DNA of 61,057 bases, filler included, from Deltaproteobacteria bacterium (GTDB lineage Bacteria > Myxococcota > JACRCW01), in the NCBI GenBank assembly GCA_016218805.1. It is 3 parts of 3 records of this genome, joined end to end, with 100 filler letters (N's around TTAATTAATTAA, not from the genome) between each part and the next. Parts side by side here need not be neighbours in the genome. Positions count along the whole stretch, not along the records: positions 1 to 28,079 come from JACRCW010000104.1; 2 more parts are not named here. One strand, given 5' to 3'. This document shows, one piece after another, positions 8,254 to 17,365 of this stretch. A model generated the notes under the pieces. It had not been told where the DNA came from. It searched no databases and saw nothing but the letters and a program-made list of their open reading frames with translations. The translations under genes were made by a program, and so were the position numbers. Positions within the stretch are counted from its first letter, which is position 1; every line of letters starts with the position of its first letter.

Positions 8254-8943
8254 ATGGTGAGCCGCTCACTGCTGCTTGGAGCATTCTCTGTGCTTCTCTC
8301 GTCGTGCCGCTGCGGCGTCCCGCCAGGCCCGTTTGGAAACGAGATGGCATTCCCGCCGGAGCATGCGTTCCTTGCCGAGTACGCAGACAGGGCGAACGTT
8401 GGCGGGCTCTTTTCGGTCAAGAAGTCCGTGAAGTGCTCTGAGCAGCCGACGTCCGATTCATCGTGCGCGTGGATCGGGGACCGGGTGAGGCTCGAACCGC
8501 TTGAACTCCATTTTGGTGCGGGGACCGCCTCTGCCTACCACGCTCCAGCGGGGTTCTATGAAGCGCTGCGGACGTACACCGGCTCGGACGACGTGCGGGC
8601 GTATTTCATCCTGAAGGCGAGTCCGGTCGCGCTGGACGCCTCCGTCCCTGGCACGGTCTGCGGCCTCACCAAGGACGAGACCTTTGTTTGGGAGGACGAC
8701 TCCAATCCCTTGGTGGTGTCCCCGAATGGCCGGGTCGCGGTGTTCTCCGGTTGCATCGCAAGCCAGGCCCGCAGCATCGGAGATGCAGGTGTGGATGATG
8801 AAGGCCGCACCTTGCGCGACCTCGTCGAGGGCAATGAGTGGTGCACGTTGCCCGTCTCGGTGGTTGAAGGTGACCTGGAAGCTTCCGCAGCGAGGGTGCC
8901 AACGCGGGGCGGGCTGGACCCCACCGGGACCCTCTGCCGTTGA
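8254..8943 (+). CDS. Hypothetical lipoprotein
   Basis: AAGGAGG SD at 8241-8247; MVSRSLLLGAFSVLLSSC lipoprotein-like signal; less GC-biased codons than neighbours. Confidence 0.6.
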   Translation: MVSRSLLLGAFSVLLSSCRCGVPPGPFGNEMAFPPEHAFLAEYADRANVGGLFSVKKSVKCSEQPTSDSSCAWIGDRVRLEPLELHFGAGTASAYHAPAGFYEALRTYTGSDDVRAYFILKASPVALDASVPGTVCGLTKDETFVWEDDSNPLVVSPNGRVAVFSGCIASQARSIGDAGVDDEGRTLRDLVEGNEWCTLPVSVVEGDLEASAARVPTRGGLDPTGTLCR

Positions 8944-9217
8944 ATGCAGGGACAGGCGAGCGCCACCTCGCCCAGCATGCGGCTCCTTTCCAGCACTGGC
9001 TGTGCGCGGGTGGGTGCGGGGCGCGGGATGGGAGGCATGCGCGCAGCGCTGAACAGCCGGTGCGCGGCAGCAGCCTCCGTCCATCCCACGTCCCACAGCC
9101 CCGATGCGCCGCCGCTGAGCAAGTTGTCGGGCGGGGGCTTGTCCGGCCTTGTCCGGGGCTTGTCCCCCGCCCGGGCGGATTGCGGGGTGTGCAGGCACGC
9201 GGGATGGTGCGCGGGTG

Positions 9218-10996
9218 ATGCTGGGCGTGGTTCTGGCGGGAACCCTGTGGAGTGCGGTGGCGGCGGCGCCCGTGGTGGTGGCGGTGTTTCCGTTTGAGAA
9301 CCTGGCGGGGCGGGCGGACCTGGACGTGCTCAAGGCAGGCCTGGCCGAAATGGTGGCCACCGACCTGGCCGCGGTGGGCGGTGTCACCGTGGTGGAGCGG
9401 GCGCGGCTCAGCGCGGTGCTGGGCGAGCTGTCCCTGCAGCGGGACCGCGCGTTTGACCCCGCCACGGCGGCCAAGGCGGGCAAGCTGCTGGGCGCCACGC
9501 ACGGCGTGGTGGGCGCCATCACGGCCGTGGCGCCGCAGGTGCGCCTGGATGCGCGGCTGGTGTCCATGGCTCAGGGGACGGTGGTGGCGGCGGCGTCCGT
9601 GGCGGGAGCGCCGGACGCGCTGCTGGACCTGCAGGGCGCGCTGGTGGCGAAGCTGCTCACCGCCATGGGGCATGCGCCGGCGGCGGCGCAGTTGGAGCAG
9701 GGGAAGTGGACGCGTCCGGGGACGCTGCAGCAGGCGGTGGACTACTCCGCGGCGGCGGCGGCCATGGAAGCGGGGCGGGTGGAGGAGGGACGGGCGGCGC
9801 TGCTGCAGCTGCTGGCGGGGAGCGGGCCGTTCACGCTGGCGCGCGTGCGCGCCGCTGAAGCGGCGCAGCACCTGCGGGAGAGTGCCGCGCGGCGGGAGGC
9901 GGCGCGGGAGGAGTTGGCGCGGTCGCTGGAGGCGGCAGCGGACGCCTACCTGGCGGGGCACGCGCCGGACGAGAAGGACGCGGCCGCCGCGCGCCGTTTC
10001 CTGGCGTGGCGGCACGTGCGGACGCAGCTGCTGGCGCGGCGCCTGGTGCGTGGGGTGACGCCGGGCCACCCGCAGGCACCGGTTCCTGGCCATGAGGCGG
10101 AGGTGCGCGGGCTGTTGGCAGCCGTTTCAGACGGAATGGCGGCGTGGGTGGCGGAGCACGCGCGGTACGCCGCAGCGCACACCACCGTGTTCCCCAACGG
10201 TGCCCGCTTTTTGGACACGGGTTTCGGCCTGCCCCCTGAAGATGCCACGCGTGCGTCGCCCTTGAAGTTGCGCTCCGTGCCCAGTCTCCCGCGCCTGGTG
10301 GAGGCCGAACGCCTGGAGCTGGAACTGCTGGGCCGCGTGGACGTGCCGGGTGACGCGCGGCTGGAGGTACGTCCGTCGCTGGCCGGCGCGGATGAAGCGC
10401 GCGAGGCGCGCGCCCTGGCGGACGCGGCCGCGCTGATGGCCGCCCTGGACGAGGAAGCGCGCCGCGAACCACGCACCGCGTTTGCCGCGGTGGACGTGCG
10501 GCGCGTGGTGGGCGGCTACCTGGTGGAGACGGGGCGGCGGGACCGCGCGCTGGCGCTGTGGCAGGCGGCGCTGGATGCCACGGTGGAGCCGGGGCCGGCG
10601 GCGCAGTTGGAGCGGTGGATTGCCGAGGAGAGTGGCCTGCAGCACAACGCCACCCGCGCGGATGTGGACGCGTATGAACGCGGCTGGGCTGATTGTGCGG
10701 ACATGCCCATCCGCAAGGGGCTGTCCGCGGTGGTGCGGCGGCGGATGCTTCGTGAAGGCCTGGCCGCGGCGGACCGCGTCCGCGCGCAGCTGTGGGACGC
10801 GTGCCGGGACCGGCGGGACACGCTGCGCTACGTGGCGTCCCACCTGGCGGTGTGGAACGGCGAGCACGGGCGGTGCGCGCGGATGGCCGAACTGCTGGAG
10901 GTGTTTGTGGCGCTGGGTGGACCGGTGGGTGACGCCGCCGGCTACCGACGGAACTACGCAGCCCCATGCCGGGATCCGGTGACGCCGAGCCCTTGA
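9218..10996 (+). CDS. CsgG/HfaB (TolB-N/FlgO-like) domain protein with a helical/TPR-like C-terminus
   Basis: Signal peptide, then VAVFPFENL...GLAEMVATDL...VVERARL..VLGEL.LQ....DPATAAKAGKLLGA...RLDARLV. Confidence 0.75.
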   Translation: MLGVVLAGTLWSAVAAAPVVVAVFPFENLAGRADLDVLKAGLAEMVATDLAAVGGVTVVERARLSAVLGELSLQRDRAFDPATAAKAGKLLGATHGVVGAITAVAPQVRLDARLVSMAQGTVVAAASVAGAPDALLDLQGALVAKLLTAMGHAPAAAQLEQGKWTRPGTLQQAVDYSAAAAAMEAGRVEEGRAALLQLLAGSGPFTLARVRAAEAAQHLRESAARREAAREELARSLEAAADAYLAGHAPDEKDAAAARRFLAWRHVRTQLLARRLVRGVTPGHPQAPVPGHEAEVRGLLAAVSDGMAAWVAEHARYAAAHTTVFPNGARFLDTGFGLPPEDATRASPLKLRSVPSLPRLVEAERLELELLGRVDVPGDARLEVRPSLAGADEAREARALADAAALMAALDEEARREPRTAFAAVDVRRVVGGYLVETGRRDRALALWQAALDATVEPGPAAQLERWIAEESGLQHNATRADVDAYERGWADCADMPIRKGLSAVVRRRMLREGLAAADRVRAQLWDACRDRRDTLRYVASHLAVWNGEHGRCARMAELLEVFVALGGPVGDAAGYRRNYAAPCRDPVTPSP

Positions 10997-11060
10997 CCCG
11001 CAGCGGCCGGTGGTGGAATAGGCGCCCGGATTGAAAACCCGTTGAGATGGCAGGAGATGC

Positions 11061-11279
11061 ATGTCCAAGGACGACCAGATTGAAGTTGAAGGCACCGTGA
11101 GGGAAGTGCTCCAGGGCGGCATGTTCCGCGTGGAGATTGACGGCGGGCACGAAGTGCTGGCCTACACGTCGGGCAAGATGCGGAAGTTCTTCATCCGCAT
11201 TGTCCTGGGGGACCGCGTGAAGGTGGCCCTCAGCCCGTATGACCTCAAGCGCGGCCGGATCATCTTCCGCGCCAAGTGA
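11061..11279 (+). CDS. infA: Translation initiation factor IF-1
   Basis: [17 protein letters not shown]...[41 protein letters not shown]. Confidence 0.97.
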   Translation: MSKDDQIEVEGTVREVLQGGMFRVEIDGGHEVLAYTSGKMRKFFIRIVLGDRVKVALSPYDLKRGRIIFRAK

Positions 11280-11908
11280 GCGCGGACCGCCGGCCCGCCA
11301 TGTACGCCCGCAGCGTCACCATCCTGCTCTGCGTGATCCTGGCGTGGGCGGCCACCGCCTGCAGCACCGTCCAGGTACGCACCCACCCGGTCAAGGCGCG
11401 TGTGTACGTGGACGGCAAGGACGTGTCCCAGACCCACGAATTCACGGAAAAGCCCGGCTTCCGGGCGCACGAGATCGTGGTCAAGAAGAAGGGGTACCAG
11501 ACCGTCACCCTCACCGCGCCGCGGGACCACATGGTGGGCTGGCTGCGCTGGACCAGCCTGGCGGCGTCGCTGGTGCTGGGCAGCGGCTGCGCGGCAACCG
11601 GGTGTCTGGCCGGGTGGACCTGCTGCAACACGCACATGATTCCATCGCTGGTGGGCGCGCTGGTGGGCTCCATCATTGGACTCAACACGCTGGATGGGGG
11701 CGTGCTGGGGGCGTTTGTGGTGAACGTGGAGGCGCCGGCGTGGACCACCGTGCCGGGCATGGCGCTGGGCACGCTGCTGTGCGGCGCTCCGGCGCTGGGG
11801 CTGCTGGCCCTGCCGCTGCTGTACCCGCGCGCAGATGACGTGGACGTGCGCCTGGAGAAGGTTGGCGCGGCGCCCGAGGGTGGTGACGGGGTGGAAGATG
11901 GCTCGTGA
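11276..11908 (+). CDS. PEGA-like domain membrane protein/lipoprotein
   Basis: ATAC lipobox-like, [20 protein letters not shown]-like strand pattern, hydrophobic C-terminal segments; start may instead be ATG at 11300. Confidence 0.6.
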   Translation: MSADRRPAMYARSVTILLCVILAWAATACSTVQVRTHPVKARVYVDGKDVSQTHEFTEKPGFRAHEIVVKKKGYQTVTLTAPRDHMVGWLRWTSLAASLVLGSGCAATGCLAGWTCCNTHMIPSLVGALVGSIIGLNTLDGGVLGAFVVNVEAPAWTTVPGMALGTLLCGAPALGLLALPLLYPRADDVDVRLEKVGAAPEGGDGVEDGS

Positions 11909-12902
11909 GGTGGTGCTGCTTCCCGGGGATGGCATTGGCCCGGAGGTGTGCGCCGCGGCGCGCCGCGCAGTGGACGCCACGGGGGTGGGCGTGCGCTGGG
12001 TGCTGTTTGAAGCGGGCGTGGAGTCCGCCGCCCGCCAGGGATCCACGCTGCCTGATGACGCGGTGAACGCGGTCCGGCAGGCAGGCGCCGCCCTCAAGGG
12101 GCCCATGGGTGCGTTGGCGGGTGGCGCCACGCCCCCCACCGTGGAACTGCGCCGGCGGCTGGACCTGCACGCGGCGGTGCGGCCGGTGCTGAGTCTCCCC
12201 GGTGTGGCCACCCGCTATGAGGACGTGGACCTGGTGTTCGTCCGTGACACCAGCGAGGGCCAGTACACCGGCCTGGAGCACCGCGTGACGCCGGGCATGG
12301 CGCAGTCCATCAAGGTGACCACGGACTTGGCCAGCATGCGGCTGGCGCGGTTTGCGTTCTCCCTGGCGCGGTCACAGGGGCGGCGGCGCGTGACCGTGGC
12401 GCACAAGGCGGCGCTGCTGAAGCTGACCGACGGGCTGTTCCTGGAGTGCGTGCGGCACGTGGCGCGTTCGTTCCCGGAGTTGCTCCTTGAGGAGATGGAC
12501 GCGGACACGCTGTGCCTGCAGCTGGTGCGCGATCCGACCCGCCATGACGTCATCCTTGCCCAGAACCTGCACGGGCGGATGCTGGCGCACCTGGGCGCGG
12601 GCCTGGTGGGCGGCGCCGGCGTGGTGCCCGGCGCCAACGTGGGGGACGGGTGCGCCGTGTTTGAGCCGCTGCACGGCACGGCGCCGGACCTGGCCGGACG
12701 CGGCGTGGCCAACCCCACGGCCATGATGCGCTGCGCCGTCCTGCTGCTGCGCCACCTGGGCGAACGGGACGCCGCCGAGAAGCTGGACACCGCGCTGCTC
12801 AGCGTGCTGCGCGCGGGCCGCGTGCGCACGCCGGATGTGGGCGGGCACGCCACCACGCAGGAGTTCACGGATGCGGTGGTTGCGGTGATTGGGGCGGGGT
12901 GA
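11898..12902 (+). CDS. Isocitrate/isopropylmalate dehydrogenase family protein (NAD-IDH-like) with a degenerate active site
   Basis: LLPGDGIGPEV, ALKGP, FEPLHGTAPDLAGRGVANP, TPDVGG; canonical NLYGDILSD is NLHGRMLAH. Confidence 0.88.
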   Translation: MAREVVLLPGDGIGPEVCAAARRAVDATGVGVRWVLFEAGVESAARQGSTLPDDAVNAVRQAGAALKGPMGALAGGATPPTVELRRRLDLHAAVRPVLSLPGVATRYEDVDLVFVRDTSEGQYTGLEHRVTPGMAQSIKVTTDLASMRLARFAFSLARSQGRRRVTVAHKAALLKLTDGLFLECVRHVARSFPELLLEEMDADTLCLQLVRDPTRHDVILAQNLHGRMLAHLGAGLVGGAGVVPGANVGDGCAVFEPLHGTAPDLAGRGVANPTAMMRCAVLLLRHLGERDAAEKLDTALLSVLRAGRVRTPDVGGHATTQEFTDAVVAVIGAG

Positions 12903-12919
12903 GAGGCCGCGCCCGCGGC

Positions 12920-12943
12920 GACCTCCCCCACGAGGGGGAGGTC
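12920..12943. terminator. Hairpin between convergent genes, probable terminator
   Basis: GACCTCCCCC-ACGA-GGGGGAGGTC perfect 10-bp stem; no U-tract. Confidence 0.55.
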
Positions 12944-12954
12944 ACCGGGTGAGG

Positions 12955-15630
12955 TCACGGCGTGGGAGCGTTGGCCACGCAGTGGTCCGCCACCAGGCAC
13001 ATGGCGCCGGGCGGGCATTTCTCGCAGTGTTCGCCGGCGATGCAGTCCCCGTCCGCCTGGCAGGTGCGGAAGTCCCGCAGCGCGCAGTGGTCTGCCACCA
13101 GGCACATGGCACCAGCCGGGCACGTGGCGCAGAACTCATCCGGCAGGCACTCCGCGTCGTTACCGCACACGCGGAAGCCGCGCGGTTCGCAGTGATCCGC
13201 CACAAAGCACGCCGCACCCGGCGGGCAGCGCTGGCAGTACTCGTCCGGGCGGCATTCCAGGTTGCTGCTGCACACCCGCAGCGACGGGGCGCCGGGCACG
13301 CAGTGCGGGGCCTGGTCGCACACCGCGCCGGGCGGGCAGGTGTCACCGCAGTGCTCGTCCGGGAGGCACTCCGCGTCAGAGGCGCAGGCCCGGAACGGCC
13401 GCTCCCGCGGCACGCAGTGATCCGCCACAAAGCACGCCGCACCCGGCGGGCAGCGCTGGCACATCTCATCCGGGAGGCACTGCGTGTCATCACTGCAGAC
13501 GCGGAACGGGCGGTCCGTGCACAGCTCATCCGCCGGGCCGGAGCAGGTGCCGTACCCGCCGGTGGGGCCGGGACGGCAGCCGCAGCCCACCGCGCAGTCG
13601 CTGGAGTCACGGCACGCGCCCACGGGGAGCGATTCGCAGCGTGCGGGGCCGCACATGGTGATGCACGGGCCGGCGGGGTCCGTGCACATGGACGGGCAGG
13701 CGTTGCAGAACATCCCGGCGCCGCAGTCCGCATCCGCGGTGCAACCGTTGACCGGCACGCACGCGTACGCCGGGCAGCAGCCGCCTGCGCCGGTGTCGTT
13801 CTCGCAGCCCATGGCGCAGCCCACCACATGGCACTCGCTGCCGCTGGGGCAGGTGCCCGGCAGCCCGCCGGCGCCGCACGCCGTCACGTCGGGCAGGCAC
13901 TGGCCCATGTTGATGTTCATGACCCACTGGCAGCTCTCGCCGCGCGCGCATTCAAAGTCACTGCAGCACAGGTGGGCGGGGACCGGTTCGCAGCCGGTGT
14001 AGCGGGACTCTGCACAGGCAATGGCCATGCACGGCCCGCAGGAGATGAGCCGCCCCTGCGCGTCATGGCACCCGTCATTGCAGCCCTGCTCAAACAGCGG
14101 CCGGCAGTTGGGTGCCGCCGCGCAGCTGGCCTGGTCCAGGCCCGCGCAGTCTGACGGGGCGGGCATGCAGCTGCCCGTGCAGAAGGGCGGGATGGAATCC
14201 GTGCACACCTCAATGCGGCAGGTGGCGCCGGGGCCGCAGTCCACGTCCGAACTGCAGCGGCTGGGCGGCGCGGGCTCGCAGATGGGCGCGCCGCACACGT
14301 CACACATGGGGCAGGTGGGATCCGGCGGGCACAGGTTGCAGCGCATGCCGGGGCCGCAGTCCAGGTCCTGGCTGCAGAAGCGGGTGTCATCCGGGCGGCA
14401 GCCCGCGTAGGCGGTGCTGCACGGCGGGCACGGCTCGCCCGGGGCGCAGGCGGGGCAGGCTTCGCCGTAGACGGGCACGCAGCCGGGCTGGGTCACGCAG
14501 GACACCTCGTCCAGGCCCTGGCAGCGGTCCGCGCGCGGCACGCACAGGCCCATGGGCGGACGCCCGCACATGGTGCAGGTATCAAATGAGAAGTCGCACC
14601 ACTCGCCGGGCATGCACTGGTCGTCAGAGAAACACCCGGGGCGGTCCACGCACGCGTACGCCGGCGCCGGGCACTCGCACGGCGGGCAGTCATTGGCGCC
14701 CGGCTCGCAGCGGGTGCACGCGCACTCACCGGTGTACTGGGCCATGCAGTCGCGGCGCAGCTCGCACTGGTCCGGGGGCAGGCCCGTGCACGGCGAGTCA
14801 CCGCACACCGGCACCGGACAGCGGTGCGGCTCGGAGAACATGACGGGCTCGCTGCCGTCCTGGCAGCGCGGCCAGGCGCCGGGGCAGACCAGGGCCTGGC
14901 AGGTACCCAGGTTGCGCTCTGAGCACGCGCCGCTGTTGGGGTCGGCGCTGCAGGGAGTGGCGGTGTCCGGGTACGCGCAGAACTCCATGTCCATACAGTC
15001 GTAGTCCGACCCGCAGCCGGATCCGCCCGTCGGCACGCAGCGGCCGTAGCAGACCGCGGGGCACGCCTGGCCGTCGGTGCAGCCCGGCGGCAGCTCGCAG
15101 AAGTCCCAGGTGTTGCACAACGTACCCGGCGCGCACTCGGCGTCAGACTGGCAGGTGGGGGGCGGCGGCGGTCCGGCGCAGGTGATGGCGCCGCTGGGGT
15201 CGCGGTCGCAGCACTGGAAGCGCGCCACGCCCGCGGCGTCCTGGAAGGTCACGGCCGCGCACGCGGGGTCGCCGCGGCAGTCGGCTTCGCCCAGCTGCGG
15301 GCAGGCGCGCGGATCCGGCAGGCAGGAGCAGGTCAGGCAGCCATCCGGCCCGGAGGCAAACCCGAACTGGCAGGCCAGCGTGCAGGACACCGGCTGGCAC
15401 AACCCGCCGGAGGACGAACCGCCCGAACTGGACGAGCTCCCGCCGCTGCCGCTGCTGGTGCTGCCGGACCCGCCGGACGATGACGACGTGTTGCCCCCCC
15501 CGCCATCCGGACCGCCATCCGCCTCGCCGTCCGTGGGCGTGCAACCCGCTGCCCACCACATGCCCGTTGCCAGCAGCGCCACCGCCCACCGGCCCGACGC
15601 CCGTCCAGAACCCGCACACCAGGTTTCCAT
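12955..15630 (-). CDS. Large cysteine-rich repeat lipoprotein
   Basis: GAGGAGG SD 7 nt before ATG 15630; WAAGC lipobox; Ser/Gly linker; antistasin-like CQPVSCTLACQFGFASGPDGCLTCSC; many CxxDxDC repeats; five C-terminal ~36-aa repeats. Confidence 0.85.
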   Translation of the reverse strand: METWCAGSGRASGRWAVALLATGMWWAAGCTPTDGEADGGPDGGGGNTSSSSGGSGSTSSGSGGSSSSSGGSSSGGLCQPVSCTLACQFGFASGPDGCLTCSCLPDPRACPQLGEADCRGDPACAAVTFQDAAGVARFQCCDRDPSGAITCAGPPPPPTCQSDAECAPGTLCNTWDFCELPPGCTDGQACPAVCYGRCVPTGGSGCGSDYDCMDMEFCAYPDTATPCSADPNSGACSERNLGTCQALVCPGAWPRCQDGSEPVMFSEPHRCPVPVCGDSPCTGLPPDQCELRRDCMAQYTGECACTRCEPGANDCPPCECPAPAYACVDRPGCFSDDQCMPGEWCDFSFDTCTMCGRPPMGLCVPRADRCQGLDEVSCVTQPGCVPVYGEACPACAPGEPCPPCSTAYAGCRPDDTRFCSQDLDCGPGMRCNLCPPDPTCPMCDVCGAPICEPAPPSRCSSDVDCGPGATCRIEVCTDSIPPFCTGSCMPAPSDCAGLDQASCAAAPNCRPLFEQGCNDGCHDAQGRLISCGPCMAIACAESRYTGCEPVPAHLCCSDFECARGESCQWVMNINMGQCLPDVTACGAGGLPGTCPSGSECHVVGCAMGCENDTGAGGCCPAYACVPVNGCTADADCGAGMFCNACPSMCTDPAGPCITMCGPARCESLPVGACRDSSDCAVGCGCRPGPTGGYGTCSGPADELCTDRPFRVCSDDTQCLPDEMCQRCPPGAACFVADHCVPRERPFRACASDAECLPDEHCGDTCPPGAVCDQAPHCVPGAPSLRVCSSNLECRPDEYCQRCPPGAACFVADHCEPRGFRVCGNDAECLPDEFCATCPAGAMCLVADHCALRDFRTCQADGDCIAGEHCEKCPPGAMCLVADHCVANAPTP

Positions 15631-15862
15631 TGGCATTCCTCCTCGCGGGGACAGGGTGCCGCGCCCCGTGCGCCGCACACAGTCCACCCCATCCCGCGCA
15701 TGATCAAGGCACATGCCATGTGGGTGCGGGTGAGAAACCGCACTGTTTCAATGCGTTGCGGCACGGGCGCCGGCGGGGGCGGCCACGGTTTTCCGAGGCC
15801 GCGGCGGAAATTGCGGGCGGCGGCTTGCTGGACCGGGGGTGACGCCGCCAAGGTGCGCGCCC

Positions 15863-17191
15863 ATGCGGGCGGTGGTTGTTTCACGCGGGCGGCGCATTGA
15901 CGGGCTGGGTGAGCCCGTTGAGGAGGCTATGTTCGCGCACACCACGGTGGGCGCGTTTGTCACCGCGGCGTGCGAAGCCAACGGGCTGTCCGTGTCCCGC
16001 CCCGGCGAGGGCGCGGTGCCCGACGACGGGGACCTGCTGGTGCTGCCGGCGGACCTGTTCATCACCTCCACGCTGGTGGGCGCGCTGCTGGCGGCGGCGG
16101 CGGCGGCGGGGCCGGGCGTGCACCGCCTGGCGCTGCGGCGCACCGCGTCCGTGGACCACCTGCTGCCGCTGCAGGACGTGACGGTGGAGCCGCTGACGGA
16201 GGAGGAACGCGCGCGTGCCCCGGCGGGCCGCCTGGCCGCGGAAGAGCGCGCGGCGACGGAGAAGGTGCTGTACGACGCGTACGTGTGCCTGGGCGCGCCG
16301 GCGGGTGTGCTGGACGCGGGCGTGCTTGACCGGCTGCGCGCCATGGCAAAGCCGCTGCTGGTGGACAAGAAGGAGCTGGCCATTGACGTGCGGCTGCCGC
16401 TGCTGCCGCTGCAGGGGACCGAGCCGCCGCGGATGCGCTTCCCGGTGACGTCATCCGTGGCGGCGCACCTGCGCAGCTGGGTGCACGTGCTGTGGCTCAA
16501 CCAGGTGGCGCCCGCGGTGCTGCTCAACCTGGGCTTGCGCCAGCGCGCGGTGTCCACGCTGTTCCGCATCCTGGCGGGGCTGAGCTTCCGCCGGGAAGCG
16601 GTGTTGCAGAAGCTCTCCGTCATCCACCCCAGCGCGCGCATCCATCCCACCGCGTACGTGGAGGCGTCCCTCATCGGGCCCGGCGCGGTGGTCGGTGCGC
16701 GCGCCAGCGTGCGGGAGAGCATCATTGCCGAAGGCGCGGAGGTGGGGGACCACTCCACCGTGTTGATGAGTACCGTGGGCGTGCGCGGGTACATTGTGCC
16801 CAAGACGTTCCTGCTGTGGTGCTGCGTGTACCCGGAGGCCGTCGTCGGGAACCAGAAGCTGCAGGTGTCACTGGTGGGACGGGGCGCACACGTCAACGCG
16901 TGGGCGGGGTTCATTGACGCGCGCTTCCAGGGCGGCGTGAAGGTGGAGCTGGACGGGAAACTGGTGGACACGGGCCGCAGCTTCCTGGGCAGCTGCGTGG
17001 GGCACGGCGCGCAGGTGGCGGCCAAGGTGCTCATCCACCCGGGGCGCGTGGTGCCCGCGGGGGCGGTGGTTGTGATGCGTCCGGATGAGGTGATTTCCAC
17101 CATCCCGCCGGACCTGCCACCGGGCGTGCCCATGGTGCGTGACCACGGGACGGTGGTCCCCATGGCGTCCCTGAAGGCGAAGAGCGGGTGA
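15863..17191 (+). CDS. Left-handed beta-helix (hexapeptide-repeat) protein with a divergent N-terminal domain
   Basis: IHPSARIHPTAYVEASLIGPGAVVGARASVRESIIAEGAEVGDH and FLGSCVGHGAQV hexapeptide repeats. Confidence 0.75.
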   Translation: MRAVVVSRGRRIDGLGEPVEEAMFAHTTVGAFVTAACEANGLSVSRPGEGAVPDDGDLLVLPADLFITSTLVGALLAAAAAAGPGVHRLALRRTASVDHLLPLQDVTVEPLTEEERARAPAGRLAAEERAATEKVLYDAYVCLGAPAGVLDAGVLDRLRAMAKPLLVDKKELAIDVRLPLLPLQGTEPPRMRFPVTSSVAAHLRSWVHVLWLNQVAPAVLLNLGLRQRAVSTLFRILAGLSFRREAVLQKLSVIHPSARIHPTAYVEASLIGPGAVVGARASVRESIIAEGAEVGDHSTVLMSTVGVRGYIVPKTFLLWCCVYPEAVVGNQKLQVSLVGRGAHVNAWAGFIDARFQGGVKVELDGKLVDTGRSFLGSCVGHGAQVAAKVLIHPGRVVPAGAVVVMRPDEVISTIPPDLPPGVPMVRDHGTVVPMASLKAKSG

Positions 17192-17224
17192 GGAAAGGAC
17201 GCGCTTGAGGTAGAACCGCAGCGG

Positions 17225-17296
17225 GGCCCGGTAACTCAGCGGCAGAGTGGGAGCATTACAAGCTCCGTGTCGGGGGTTCAAATCCCCCTCGGGCCA
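17225..17296 (+). tRNA. tRNA-Val(TAC)
   Basis: GGCCCGG/TCGGGCC acceptor stem, ACTC/GAGT D-stem, GGAGC-ATTACAA-GCTCC anticodon arm, GGGGG-TTCAAAT-CCCCC T-arm, discriminator A; CCA not encoded. Confidence 0.88.
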
Positions 17297-17365
17297 CTCT
17301 CCACCCTGCGGTTTGCCCCCGGTCGTCTGCGCGGTAGCGTCTGAAGGCACCCCACCGGAGGAGCC

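Noticed and set aside
13188..13461. 49-nt identical repeat as a DGR template/variable repeat pair
   Set aside because: Both copies are in frame within one gene, there are no adenine-specific mismatches, and no reverse transcriptase is present
622..17296. tRNA-anchored integrative element or prophage
   Set aside because: No integrase, no duplicated tRNA 3' end seen, and the intervening genes are largely housekeeping
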